From: Patescibacteria group bacterium
GTDB lineage: Bacteria; Patescibacteriota; Patescibacteriia; UBA10025; JAHIVO01
Assembly (NCBI GenBank): GCA_041650915.1
Contig: JBAZKE010000001.1
Location: forward strand, 379,284 to 443,283
Length of the DNA stretch: 64,000 bases
Direction: 5' to 3'
Part shown: in pieces, positions 19,367-28,418 of the stretch
Layout: each line of letters begins with the position of its first letter
Position numbering within the stretch: the stretch's first letter is position 1
The notes under the pieces: generated by a model
Told to the model about the DNA's origin: nothing
Databases searched by the model: none
What the model saw: only the letters and a program-made list of their open reading frames with translations
Made by a program: the position numbers and the translations under genes

Positions 19367-19545
19367 GGCCCTAGCTCAGTGGGTCGAGACCACGAGCAAA
19401 CACAACTGCTTGTGTTTGCGAGGAGTCGAGACGGGCATGACGATGCGGGAACCGCCGGCATGCCCCGGAAGAGCAACTGTGGAGCCTATCCCGAGCGAAG
19501 TCGAGGGATAAACAGTAGGTCGTCGGTTCGAATCCGACGGGTAAC
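19367..19545 (+). pseudogene. tRNA-Thr-like pseudogene with a ~110-nt structured insertion between the D-arm and anticodon arm
   Basis: 5' part GGCCCTAGCTCAGTGGGTCGAG. The 3' part ATAAACAGTAGGTCGTCGGTTCGAATCCGACGGGT is identical to tRNA-Thr(TGT). The acceptor strands do not pair. The insert carries perfect hairpins (GCAAACACAA-CTGC-TTGTGTTTGC; GGGCATG...CATGCCC). Confidence 0.6.
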
Positions 19546-19685
19546 TTATCGGGTCGCCGCTCTGGCGGGTTACGTGTGGCTTGTCAAATAAGCTCCACTG
19601 CACCCCTTGTGCGCATGCCCCTCTTCCCAAAAAATGCGCACCATTTTTTGGGAGCACTGCAGAATTATTGATTAATCGCAATATT

Positions 19686-19841
19686 ATGTCACAAGACAAC
19701 ATCATCAAGCTCGAATGTACGGAGTGCAAACACATCAACTACCACTCGCACAAGAATAAAAAGCTGCACAAGGACCGGATTGAGATCAAGAAGCACTGTA
19801 AGTGGTGCAAAAAGCACACGATGCATAAAGAAACGAAGTAA
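19686..19841 (+). CDS. rpmG: 50S ribosomal protein L33
   Basis: [49 protein letters not shown] is an L33 zinc ribbon (CxxC...CxxC). Start at the internal ATG of track ORF 19581..19841. Confidence 0.85.
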   Translation: MSQDNIIKLECTECKHINYHSHKNKKLHKDRIEIKKHCKWCKKHTMHKETK

Positions 19842-19951
19842 TTTTGAAGACCTTTTTCGAAAGTAGCTTTCACTGTATTCCGAAATAAGCCGTATCGGCC
19901 ATCGCAGGTAACCCGAGACCTTTGGTTCGTAGTTGATTCGGAATTTTTTAT

Positions 19952-20026
19952 GGGGCTATAGTACAATGGCTAGTATAGCGGTCTCCAAAACCGTTGATCG
20001 AGGTTCGAATCCTCGTGGCCCCGCCA
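19952..20026 (+). tRNA. tRNA-Trp (anticodon CCA), CCA encoded
   Basis: GGGGCTATAGTACAATGGCTAGTATAGCGGTCTCCAAAACCGTTGATCGAGGTTCGAATCCTCGTGGCCCCGCCA. Anticodon loop CUCCAAA. Confidence 0.85.
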
Positions 20027-20175
20027 GAACTACCCGTCTCGGGGGCTTTTTGGTACGATGTTACAATAGCGTAACTAGCCAATGGATTCGAAAAGCAGCA
20101 GCGACCCTGAACTAAGTTCAGGGGAGCGCCGATGAATGCGAGTTTGCGCAGCATTCATCGCTGCTTATGGACCCG

Positions 20176-20240
20176 AATCCTCGTGGCCCCGCCAGAACTA
20201 CCCGTCACGGGGGCTTTTTGGTATGATGTTACAAAGGATC
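20176..20240 (+). repeat. direct repeat: second copy of the tRNA-Trp 3' end plus its downstream terminator
   Basis: GAATCCTCGTGGCCCCGCCAGAACTACCCGTC(T/A)CGGGGGCTTTTTGGTA(C/T)GATGTTACAA is present at 20006-20070 and again at 20176-20240 (att-like duplication). Confidence 0.75.
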
Positions 20241-20253
20241 TATACTCTACACC

Positions 20254-20703
20254 ATGCAGATATCCAACGCATCAAAAAAAGACAGAGAACAGGCGATGGC
20301 AGCCGCAAAAAACTTGAAGGATTGGTTTACTGATGAAGGGTTGAAGAATATGAGGATTGATTTTGACCTGAATAACGTAGCCGTCGCAAAAGAGAACGGC
20401 ATCGTTGTCGGTTTCTTGTGCTACACTGCGTATTCCGGAAAGATGCTGCTCCTGTGGATGGGGGTTCAGCTGCCAGCGCAACGAAAGGGTGTGGGGCAAA
20501 AATTGCTGCAGTGGCTGGAAAATGAGGGCAGAAAGCTCGGTTGCCATTCGATAGAAGTTGAAACCTTGCCGGATGAAGACGATTACGAACCCTACCGGAG
20601 AACTCGCTCTTTTTATTACACAAATGGATTTGAGCGGATTTTTTATAAGAAGGCGCGTGTTGATGGCTGGGATGACCACATTGTTCTCGAAAAAAAGATT
20701 TAG
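20254..20703 (+). CDS. GNAT family N-acetyltransferase
   Basis: Acetyl-CoA binding motif QRKGVGQKLL, about 150 aa. Confidence 0.75.
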   Translation: MQISNASKKDREQAMAAAKNLKDWFTDEGLKNMRIDFDLNNVAVAKENGIVVGFLCYTAYSGKMLLLWMGVQLPAQRKGVGQKLLQWLENEGRKLGCHSIEVETLPDEDDYEPYRRTRSFYYTNGFERIFYKKARVDGWDDHIVLEKKI

Positions 20704-20751
20704 GAAAAAGTGTCAACGAATGCTTGCCACAATAATTAATGATTACGCAAG

Positions 20752-21069
20752 ATGGAAACCAAAGAATTACAAAACAGCGCATCGAGGGTATTTCTCGGCA
20801 ATCTCAAGCGGGATCGCATTGAACCGAGCGAAGATTACCTGGTTTTAAAATTGGCGGAAGAGCTCGGCGAATTCGTCCAGTCGTACCTCGTACACAAGAA
20901 AAGGTGCCGTCCCGTAAAGTACCTGCCGGCGCGAAAATCCAAAAAAAAATTAGCCACGGAACTGGCTGATGTGCTCGGTTTGGTGTTCGTCATTGCCACA
21001 GCGCATCGAATCGATATTGAAGACGCTCTGGTAAAAAAATGGATCACTAGGGAATGGATTGAAAAGTAA
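20752..21069 (+). CDS. MazG-like nucleotide pyrophosphohydrolase domain protein
   Basis: LAEELGEFVQ ... ELADVLGLVFVIA, the EExxE/ELAD blocks of the all-alpha NTP-PPase family. Confidence 0.55.
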   Translation: METKELQNSASRVFLGNLKRDRIEPSEDYLVLKLAEELGEFVQSYLVHKKRCRPVKYLPARKSKKKLATELADVLGLVFVIATAHRIDIEDALVKKWITREWIEK

Positions 21070-21150
21070 TTACTTTTTGCCTTACTTATTAGAATAGTGT
21101 GCATGAGGTGTGGTATACTGTAGCCGTAATAATTATTTAACTAAAAAACG

Positions 21151-21654
21151 ATGAATATGGAAATGCCAGGCCAGAGGCCATCCGCAGATAAGCCCCCGGC
21201 AGATGCAGCGGAGCAGGAGGGCGATGCCGGAGCGTCGCCGGAAAAAGTTGAAATGGATTTTGAATCAATCGCTTCCGAAAATTTTTCACGGTGGAACGAA
21301 GCACTGCTGACCGGAGATCCCGAGCAGGTCGCTGCGCTCTATACCGAGGATGCCACTTTTTTACCGACTGTTTCCGGCGATTTCAAACTGGGGCAAGACG
21401 GCGCGGAGCAGTATTTCGAGCACTTCCTTGAAAGCAATCCGTCGGGTGAAGTCATTGATGCCAAGGTGCAGCCTCTCGGGCCCGACTCGTATCTGCATTC
21501 CGGCATGTACAATTTTGAAGTTGATTCCGCCGATCCCGAATCCGCCGGCAAAAGAATCATTGTTGAGGCTCGCTTTACTTTTGCGTGGGGAAAAAATGCT
21601 GACGGCGAGTGGCGCATCATGCACCACCATTCATCGGTGAGGCCGAAATCATAA
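21151..21654 (+). CDS. NTF2-like / SnoaL-like (DUF4440-type) protein
   Basis: FSRWNEALLTGDPEQVAALYTEDATFLPTVSG...WRIMHHHSS pattern typical of NTF2-like folds, after a low-complexity N-terminal region. Confidence 0.5.
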   Translation: MNMEMPGQRPSADKPPADAAEQEGDAGASPEKVEMDFESIASENFSRWNEALLTGDPEQVAALYTEDATFLPTVSGDFKLGQDGAEQYFEHFLESNPSGEVIDAKVQPLGPDSYLHSGMYNFEVDSADPESAGKRIIVEARFTFAWGKNADGEWRIMHHHSSVRPKS

Positions 21655-21762
21655 GGCAGGCCGCACAGGAGGCGGGTGAGGGAGATTTCCTGCGGCAGAG
21701 CATTTCGGCTGCGGGGATTTTTGTATTTTTATGCCGTGTGGATAAGTGGCCGGTTGACGGTG

Positions 21763-21800
21763 AGCGGTGAGTGGTATATATTCAATATATTGAATATGTC
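21763..21800 (+). promoter_or_regulatory. promoter (TTGACG-17-TATATT) overlapping a perfect 11-1-11 palindromic operator ATATTCAATAT-A-TTGAATAT
   Basis: The palindrome lies directly over the -10 and the start of the ArsR-family gene, the classical ArsR/SmtB autoregulatory arrangement. Confidence 0.65.
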
Positions 21801-22266
21801 TATCCTCACCTACACACTGTACGCGAAGCTGCTCAAAGCCCTTGCAAACCAAAAACGCATCGAAATAATGCGCGTTTTGGGCAACCGGTGTTCTACCGTT
21901 TCTGAGCTGATCCATATGACAGGCATGACCCAGGCGAATATCAGCCAGCACCTGCAGGTGCTCCGGCGCGAAGGTGCGGTGGTCGCCAAGAGGAACAGCA
22001 AGGAAATCATGTACTGCATCTCGCATCCGCAGTACGTACGGCTCCTGGACCACATTCACGAAATTCTCGCAGACCGGAAGAGCATCAAGCCGCTCATGCG
22101 GCATTCGCATATTCCCGCTGCGCCCATGATCGTTGACCCCGTATGCGGGATGAAGGTATCCCCCAAGCATGCCGCTTTCGCGCACGCCTATAAGCGGTCA
22201 ACGTACTATTTCTGCGCTTCCGGGTGCAAGAAAAAATTTGTTAAAAATCCGGAAAAGTATGCCTGA
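21796..22266 (+). CDS. ArsR/SmtB-family metalloregulator fused to a C-terminal YHS (TRASH-like) metal-binding domain
   Basis: wHTH block [26 protein letters not shown], then DPVCGMKV...[19 protein letters not shown] (YHS). Overlaps the copA start. Confidence 0.75.
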   Translation: MSILTYTLYAKLLKALANQKRIEIMRVLGNRCSTVSELIHMTGMTQANISQHLQVLRREGAVVAKRNSKEIMYCISHPQYVRLLDHIHEILADRKSIKPLMRHSHIPAAPMIVDPVCGMKVSPKHAAFAHAYKRSTYYFCASGCKKKFVKNPEKYA

Positions 22267-24463
22267 GCAAATGGATTTTTATGTTTCCGGAATGCACTGC
22301 GCGTCGTGCGCCGCGAATATCCAAAGAAAGCTGGCAAAAACCGAGGGCGTCGAAGCAGCTCGGGTGAATTACAGCAACGAACAAGCGTACGTATCGTACG
22401 ATCCGAAAAAGGTTTCCGCTGATACGATAGCAAGCGCCGTCCGCTCACTCGGATACGCGGCGCATACGTCGGAGAGCGACGCCGAAGACCTCATGGAGCG
22501 CGATCATGCGGTTCACGAAGCGCGCCTGACGCAGAAGCTGCTCGTCGGCGCAGTATGCTCGGCGCTCCTGCTTATCGGGGCGATGGTTCCGTTCGCGCCG
22601 GCGTTGCTGCAGCACCCGCTCGCTATGCTGCTGCTCGCAACTCCCGTGCAGCTGTGGCTCGGGAAGGATTTTTATAAGAGCGCCTGGTCTGCGGCAAAAA
22701 ATAGGACAACGAACATGGATACGCTCGTGGCGCTGGGGACTTCCGTTGCCTACGGCTACTCTGTTGCAGCCGTCGTTTTTTCGAAATATTTCGAATCTGC
22801 CGGCATTCCCATGCATGTTTATTTTGAGACTGCATCGGTGATTCTGACGCTCATCGTGCTCGGAAAGTACCTTGAAGTCCGCGCCAAAGGCCAGGCGTCC
22901 GCTGCCATCAAGGAGCTGCTCCAGCTGCAGCCGACGGTTGCGCACGTCCGGAAGGACGGATCGTGGCAGGATGTTGCGATTGAAGCTATCGAGGCCGGCG
23001 ACGTGCTGCTTGTTAAACCGGGCGAGAAGATCCCCGTCGACGGAGTGATCCATTCAGGCGCGAGCGCCGTCGATGAGAGCATGCTGACGGGAGAAAACAT
23101 GCCAGCCGAAAAACGGGCGGGAGATATAGTGTACGCCGCGACAGTCAATACGCTTGGATCATTCGAGATGGAAGCGCGCGCTGTCGGCGGAAGAACGAAA
23201 CTTTCTCAGATTATCCGCATGGTTCGTGAGGCGCAGGGGTCTCATCCGCCAATCCAAAAGCTCGTCGATACCATTTCTGCGTATTTCGTGCCGATCGTCA
23301 TCGGACTTTCTGCCGTAACCTTCGTACTTTGGTTCACCGTCGGGCCGGAGCCGAGGCTGCCACGGGCGCTCGTCAGCATGATTTCCGTGCTTATCATCGC
23401 GTGCCCGTGCGCACTCGGGCTCGCGACGCCGATGTCGCTTATGGTCGGGATCGGCAGGGGCGCGCGGAGCGGGATTTTAATCCGCAACGCTGAGGCGCTC
23501 GAGCGTGCGAACGAGACAACACTTGTCGTGCTCGATAAAACGGGGACGCTCACCGAAGGCAAACCGTCCGTGAGCGCCTATGCGTCAGCCGAAACGCTCC
23601 GTACCGCCGCCTCCCTCGAGCAGCATTCCGAACATCCGCTTGCCGGCGCAGTGCTTGCAAAAGCTCACGAGCTATCCATGGAATTGGATCCCGTGGATCA
23701 TTTTACCGCAATCGCAGGGAAAGGCGTGCGCGGCACGATACATGGCGCAGAGTGGTTTTTGGGGAGCCATGAGTTTATCCGCGAGAAAGGAATCCCCGTG
23801 ACCCCCGAACAAGGAGCGGAAATTACGGGCCACGAAGCGCGCGGTGAGACCGTACTGGCGCTCGCCGAAGGGAAAACGTACCGGGGATCAATCGCGATCA
23901 CGGACCGCATCAAAGCCGAGTCGCCGTCCGCGGTTTCGCAGCTCGTGCGCATGGGCATTGAACCCGTCATGATGACCGGTGACAACAGTACGGCAGCGAA
24001 TACCATTGCAATGCGCGTAGGGATACGAAACTGGCGTGCGCGGGTTCGCCCGGAAGATAAAGCGTCATTCATCAGGCAGTCCCAGTTTGAGGGAGACGTC
24101 GTCGCGATGGCAGGCGATGGGATTAACGATGCGCCGGCACTGGCGCTCGCCGATATCGGAATCGCAATGGGCGGGGGGACGGATATCGCGATGGAATCGG
24201 CAGGGGTGACGCTGCTCCGTGGAGATGTCTCGCTGATTCCGAAAGCCCTACGGCTCGCGAAAGTGACCATGCGCAACATCAAGCAGAATTTAGCATGGGC
24301 GTTCGGGTACAATGTGCTCCTCATCCCCGTCGCGATGGGAGCCCTGTATCCGCTGACGGGCATGCAGCTCAATCCCATGCTCGCGAGTTTTGCTATGGCG
24401 TTTTCCAGCGTCTCGGTGGTTATGAATGCGCTCCGATTGAAAACTATTACTATAGAAACGTAA
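22262..24463 (+). CDS. copA: copper-translocating P1B-type ATPase
   Basis: N-terminal HMA ([11 protein letters not shown]), CPC ([13 protein letters not shown]), [17 protein letters not shown]. Confidence 0.95.
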   Translation, partial: PEQMDFYVSGMHCASCAANIQRKLAKTEGVEAARVNYSNEQAYVSYDPKKVSADTIASAVRSLGYAAHTSESDAEDLMERDHAVHEARLTQKLLVGAVCSALLLIGAMVPFAPALLQHPLAMLLLATPVQLWLGKDFYKSAWSAAKNRTTNMDTLVALGTSVAYGYSVAAVVFSKYFESAGIPMHVYFETASVILTLIVLGKYLEVRAKGQASAAIKELLQLQPTVAHVRKDGSWQDVAIEAIEAGDVLLVKPGEKIPVDGVIHSGASAVDESMLTGENMPAEKRAGDIVYAATVNTLGSFEMEARAVGGRTKLSQIIRMVREAQGSHPPIQKLVDTISAYFVPIVIGLSAVTFVLWFTVGPEPRLPRALVSMISVLIIACPCALGLATPMSLMVGIGRGARSGILIRNAEALERANETTLVVLDKTGTLTEGKPSVSAYASAETLRTAASLEQHSEHPLAGAVLAKAHELSMELDPVDHFTAIAGKGVRGTIHGAEWFLGSHEFIREKGIPVTPEQGAEITGHEARGETVLALAEGKTYRGSIAITDRIKAESPSAVSQLVRMGIEPVMMTGDNSTAANTIAMRVGIRNWRARVRPEDKASFIRQSQFEGDVVAMAGDGINDAPALALADIGIAMGGGTDIAMESAGVTLLRGDVSLIPKALRLAKVTMRNIKQNLAWAFGYNVLLIPVAMGALYPLTGMQLNPMLASFAMAFSSVSVVMNALRLKTITIET

Positions 24464-24464
24464 T

Positions 24465-25532
24465 ATGGATCTCTGGGTGATATTTTTAACAGGGCTGACC
24501 ACCGGCGGGCTCTCCTGCCTCGCCGTGCAGGGCGGCCTCCTCGCCTCGGCAATCGCCAACCAGAAGGGCAAGGAGCTCCGGGAATCCGCGGGGCAAGAGA
24601 GGCTCGCCTTCACGTCGTTCAATCTGAACGACTGGCTTCCCGTAACCCTGTTTCTGGCTGCGAAATTGGTCGCGTATACCGTTCTCGGTTTCTTCCTCGG
24701 CTGGCTCGGCTCGGTCATTACCCTCAGCCTCGGTTTGCGGATTACCTTTCAGGCACTCGCGGCGCTCTTTATGCTCGCGACCGCCCTCAACCTGCTCAAC
24801 GTCCACCCGATCTTCAGGTACGTCGTCATCCAGCCGCCGCGTTTTGTCCGCCGCTTGGTAAAGTCATCGGCGAAAGCAGATTACTTTTTTTCACCGGCAG
24901 TCTTGGGGTTCCTCACCGTCCTCATCCCGTGCGGCGTTACGCAGGCGATGGAGATTCTGGCAATCAACAGCGGGAGCCCATTTACGGGTGCGCTCATTAT
25001 GATGGTTTTCGTCCTCGGCACCTCGCCGATATTCGGGCTCGTCGGAATCGCGACGGCAAAGCTGTCTGAGGCTTGGCGGACAAAATTTCTCAGGACCGCA
25101 GCGATCCTCCTGATCGCCATGTCCGTGTACAGCCTGAATGGGGCGCTCCAGGCTGCCGATGCGCCAGTTTCCTGGGCGCGGCTGAAGCTGGCTTTCGATG
25201 CAGGCCAGCCCGCCGGGAGCCATGAGTTCGCCCCTGATGCCGGTAACGGCCCGATGAGCACCGATACGGTACAGCGGGTGAAGATCAATGTCGAGAACAG
25301 GGGCTACCGTCCGGACCGAATCAGCGTGCGAGCGGGCATTCCCGTCGAACTGACGGTCAGCACCGACGAAACCTACTCGTGCGCTGCGGCGTTTACCTTC
25401 CGCGAGTTTGGTATTTACGAAGTCCTTGACCCGACGGATTCTGAGGTGTTCCGGTTTACGCCCGAAGAGACGGGGATTTACATCTTCGCCTGCTCAATGG
25501 GGATGTATACCGGCGTTATGGAGGTATACTAA
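24465..25532 (+). CDS. polytopic membrane permease (TauE/CcdA-like, conserved Cys in TM1) with C-terminal cupredoxin-like domain
   Basis: GGLSCLAVQGG in TM1 and several TM segments. The C-terminal VENRGYRPDRISVRAGIPVELTV...FACSMGMY resembles a cupredoxin fold. Lies in the copper operon. Confidence 0.55.
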   Translation: MDLWVIFLTGLTTGGLSCLAVQGGLLASAIANQKGKELRESAGQERLAFTSFNLNDWLPVTLFLAAKLVAYTVLGFFLGWLGSVITLSLGLRITFQALAALFMLATALNLLNVHPIFRYVVIQPPRFVRRLVKSSAKADYFFSPAVLGFLTVLIPCGVTQAMEILAINSGSPFTGALIMMVFVLGTSPIFGLVGIATAKLSEAWRTKFLRTAAILLIAMSVYSLNGALQAADAPVSWARLKLAFDAGQPAGSHEFAPDAGNGPMSTDTVQRVKINVENRGYRPDRISVRAGIPVELTVSTDETYSCAAAFTFREFGIYEVLDPTDSEVFRFTPEETGIYIFACSMGMYTGVMEVY

Positions 25533-25543
25533 TTAATAGGACT

Positions 25544-25783
25544 ATGTTTTTTACGAAGAAACGGCCAACAGGCGAGACGGTTGAGCTGAAGATCAGCGGC
25601 ATGCACTGCTCGAGCTGTGCGATGAGTATCGATGGCGCACTCGAGGAAATAGAGGGGATCCACGAGAGCAGCACGAGCTACGCTAAGCAGCGGACACAAG
25701 TTTTATTTGACCCCCAGCGCGTCAGCCGTTCCCAGATTGTGAAGGCAATCAGTGAGCTCGGGTACTCGGTCAGGGACGCATAG
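25544..25783 (+). CDS. copZ: copper chaperone CopZ (HMA domain)
   Basis: GMHCSSCAMSI (MxCxxC) in a 79-aa protein. Confidence 0.85.
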   Translation: MFFTKKRPTGETVELKISGMHCSSCAMSIDGALEEIEGIHESSTSYAKQRTQVLFDPQRVSRSQIVKAISELGYSVRDA

Positions 25784-25875
25784 CCCGGTTTCCGGCCTGG
25801 TTCGCAGCCAGTGCCGCAGCGAATGCGGCGAACTTCCGGGTTGATTTTTTATTGCGGACGGAGGATGATGGACGT

Positions 25876-26409
25876 ATGCCGACCACTATGCCGTCACGTG
25901 AGGACTATCAACACATCAGGGAAAAAATCATCGACTACCTTTCGAGGCAAGGTTTTTCGGAAAAGAAATTACTACGTAAAGTCACCAACCTGAAGCGCCG
26001 TTACCCGCATACGCTCCGGTACCGATTCTATACGCTTGAGCACGTCCAGAAGGTGATTAACGAATTGAAAGCCGAGGGGCTGGTCGACGACCGGCAGTAC
26101 GCCGAGGCGGTCCTGCGGCAGCTGCGTGACCGTAAAGACGGCATGTACCGCATCAGGCAAAAAATGCAGCACCGGCTTATCCCGCGTCCCATTATTGAAA
26201 AAGTGCTCGGAGAGTGGAAGCAATCAGGTGCACAGCAGGATTACACGGCAATTGTCCAAGAAGCAAAACGAAAATACGGACGGCTCAAAGAAAAATATCC
26301 GTCATCACAAGAGCAGTATACGGTAAAACAGAAATTGTATGCGTTTCTGGCGCAGAAGGGATATACGGCGGATGAGGTGAAGGAGATCATGGGAAAAGTC
26401 GTCCGATGA
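25876..26409 (+). CDS. recX: regulatory protein RecX
   Basis: Three-helix repeat pattern (IIDYLSRQGFSEKKL...; AEGLVDDRQYAEAVLRQL...; FLAQKGYTADEVKEIM). Start uncertain; the ORF opens at 25852. Confidence 0.6.
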   Translation: MPTTMPSREDYQHIREKIIDYLSRQGFSEKKLLRKVTNLKRRYPHTLRYRFYTLEHVQKVINELKAEGLVDDRQYAEAVLRQLRDRKDGMYRIRQKMQHRLIPRPIIEKVLGEWKQSGAQQDYTAIVQEAKRKYGRLKEKYPSSQEQYTVKQKLYAFLAQKGYTADEVKEIMGKVVR

Positions 26410-26442
26410 CGCTCTGTTTTCCGTTTTTTCATTAATGCGCAC

Positions 26443-26811
26443 ATGTCCCATAAGAAACTGTCCATAACGTTCATCGTCATTCTCCTGGTTTTTGCCGCTG
26501 CCATAGCGCCCATGGCAATTGTGCGCCCGGTAAAAAAAGCTGTGGACGTTCCAGACGGCACGGCACGGGAAATTTTGCACGCTGTCCGCACCCATTTCGA
26601 CCACCCGGCGGAAAGAATGCTGGTGTGGCGCTATCAGATTACGGAAAAAGGGGAGTGGCAGGGGTCTGATTATTACATCGTGGTCGGCAGGACCTTTTTC
26701 GGTATACCGCTCAGGAAGTCTGCTGTGTATAGGGAAGGCGGCATCATTACAATTCCCAGCCTTGAACATGACCTTATCATCTGCGGGGAAGAGCAGTGTG
26801 ATAGACTGTAG
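26443..26811 (+). CDS. hypothetical exported/membrane-anchored protein
   Basis: 122 aa with N-terminal hydrophobic segment. Confidence 0.45.
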   Translation: MSHKKLSITFIVILLVFAAAIAPMAIVRPVKKAVDVPDGTAREILHAVRTHFDHPAERMLVWRYQITEKGEWQGSDYYIVVGRTFFGIPLRKSAVYREGGIITIPSLEHDLIICGEEQCDRL

Positions 26812-26859
26812 CCCCGTACGTTCGGCTCACAGCCTAGCAATAAAATTGATTTACTATAT

Positions 26860-27543
26860 ATGCATACTATTAAGGAACTATTCAGCGACCAGCGTACGCT
26901 CAGGAGCATCCTCATGCTCTGCCTGTACGTGTGTATCATGGCGGCTGCCGCTTTTATTTTTTCCCAGTACGTTGACCGCGACAGCCTCCAAGCGGCGGTA
27001 AAGGGCACTGGGCAGTTCGGGCTGGCACTGTACGTGCTGGTCGAGATCGCGTACGTGACGTTCACCCCGCTGCTCAATACGTTCATTTTGATCGTGTCCG
27101 GTTATTTGTTCGGGGGAACGGTCGGTTTTTTCGTCAACTTCGCCGCAACGGCCATCGGCCTGTTCCTCATCGTATATCTGGTAAAGCGGTACGGCAGGCC
27201 GCTCCTCCGGAAGCTCGTTTCCGAACGTTTTTACGACCGGTTCGACAGGATCGTGCAAACGGTCGGCCCAATCACGCTGCTCGTGGTGTACGTGCTGCCC
27301 TTTACGCCGGATGACGAGCTCACGTACGTCATCGCGGCCGGACCGGTAGGGTTCAAACGGTTTATCCTGCCTGTTATCCTGGGGACTATTGCAAAATCCG
27401 CATACAGCTTTATCGGGGACCAAGGAGCGCACGGCGTAACCATCGCCGCGTACTTCAGGGTTATCTTGCTAATTATCGGAGTTATCGCCGTCGCGCTGCA
27501 GGAGTACGTTATCGTAAAACGGCGTACCAAAAGTGTCGTGTAA
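26860..27543 (+). CDS. dedA: DedA / SNARE-associated (TVP38/TMEM64) family membrane protein
   Basis: Topology and the YVLPFTPDDELTYVIAAG/F-G-G-T blocks typical of DedA proteins. Confidence 0.75.
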   Translation: MHTIKELFSDQRTLRSILMLCLYVCIMAAAAFIFSQYVDRDSLQAAVKGTGQFGLALYVLVEIAYVTFTPLLNTFILIVSGYLFGGTVGFFVNFAATAIGLFLIVYLVKRYGRPLLRKLVSERFYDRFDRIVQTVGPITLLVVYVLPFTPDDELTYVIAAGPVGFKRFILPVILGTIAKSAYSFIGDQGAHGVTIAAYFRVILLIIGVIAVALQEYVIVKRRTKSVV

Positions 27544-27560
27544 CTTTTTAATAAAAAATA

Positions 27561-27597
27561 GCCCGAACTAGTGGTGTGTAGTCCGGGCCCGGTTTTA
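27561..27597 (+). terminator. rho-independent terminator after dedA
   Basis: GCCCGAACTAGTGGTGTGTAGTCCGGGC hairpin followed by CCGGTTTTA. Confidence 0.5.
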
Positions 27598-27617
27598 GTG
27601 TGTTTCGGCAGCAGTGT

Positions 27618-28055
27618 TTAGCCGTCGAATCTGCGCATTTCGACCATGATCGTTCCGCTCGGGCAGTCCTGGTAGCCGATCTTCCAGCCGGCACCGCCGA
27701 TGAGCGCGTAAACTCCGGCAGGTATCGTGCCGTTCAAGTCGGCGTGGATCTGCGCCCAGAAGAGCCCTTCCGCTGCTTTCATCCTGCTCCGCTGCAGGGA
27801 GAGTTCGAGGCACTTCTTGCCCAGTTCGTCCTGCTTGGACGGATCGTGCCGCACATCGATTGTGAGGTGCTCGATTTCACGGGAGAGCGTATCGGCTGCC
27901 TCGGCCTGTTCGGTCATGACGACGAAGAGCCGCTTGAGGTCTTCGGACATATCGCCGAGTTGGTGGTCCTTGTCGATTTCGTTTGTCGGACCCTGTGCTT
28001 TTTCCAGGTCGACCTGATCGAGCGCATCGTTGAGCCACTGCAGTGCTGAATTCAT
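27618..28055 (-). CDS. hypothetical protein
   Basis: ORF 27618..28106. Probable start at MNSALQWLNDALD (28055). Acidic/helical N-terminal part; no recognised family. Confidence 0.45.
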   Translation of the reverse strand: MNSALQWLNDALDQVDLEKAQGPTNEIDKDHQLGDMSEDLKRLFVVMTEQAEAADTLSREIEHLTIDVRHDPSKQDELGKKCLELSLQRSRMKAAEGLFWAQIHADLNGTIPAGVYALIGGAGWKIGYQDCPSGTIMVEMRRFDG

Positions 28056-28418
28056 TAAAAACCTCCAGAAAAATGAACGTTGATTGCGCACACCTCGTGT
28101 GTGCACGGTTTCTGTTTTTGAAAAAACACCGAAAGGTGCTTTTCAGTACTGTATAGCACGGTGGCTTTTCCGTGTCAAGGTGCCGTGCCTGTGTGCTGGC
28201 ACGGGTAAAGGAGAATTTTCATGTTTTCTTTTTACTTTCCTACAGCCGGAAAAATAACAAAAGGGTTCCGGGGGTATTTGATTCGCGAAAGTGCTGACAT
28301 TCGTTTTTTTAACGAATACGGCGCGAAGCATGCCCTCGAAGCCCCCTTTTCTTTAGAAATGATTGCATAGATAACTTTTATATATGCTTTATTTTTGCTA
28401 CAGTACCACTATAAAACT

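Noticed and set aside
19581-19841. Long 86-aa version of the rpmG ORF
   Set aside because: The upstream 35 codons have no L33 homology and cover a palindromic hairpin. The conserved L33 sequence begins at the internal ATG at 19686.
22445-24552. Minus-strand ORFs 22445..23053, 22819..23148, 23698..24552 overlapping copA
   Set aside because: They are antisense to the P-type ATPase with all canonical motifs. Their composition (Ser/Ala/Arg-rich) is typical of antisense frames.
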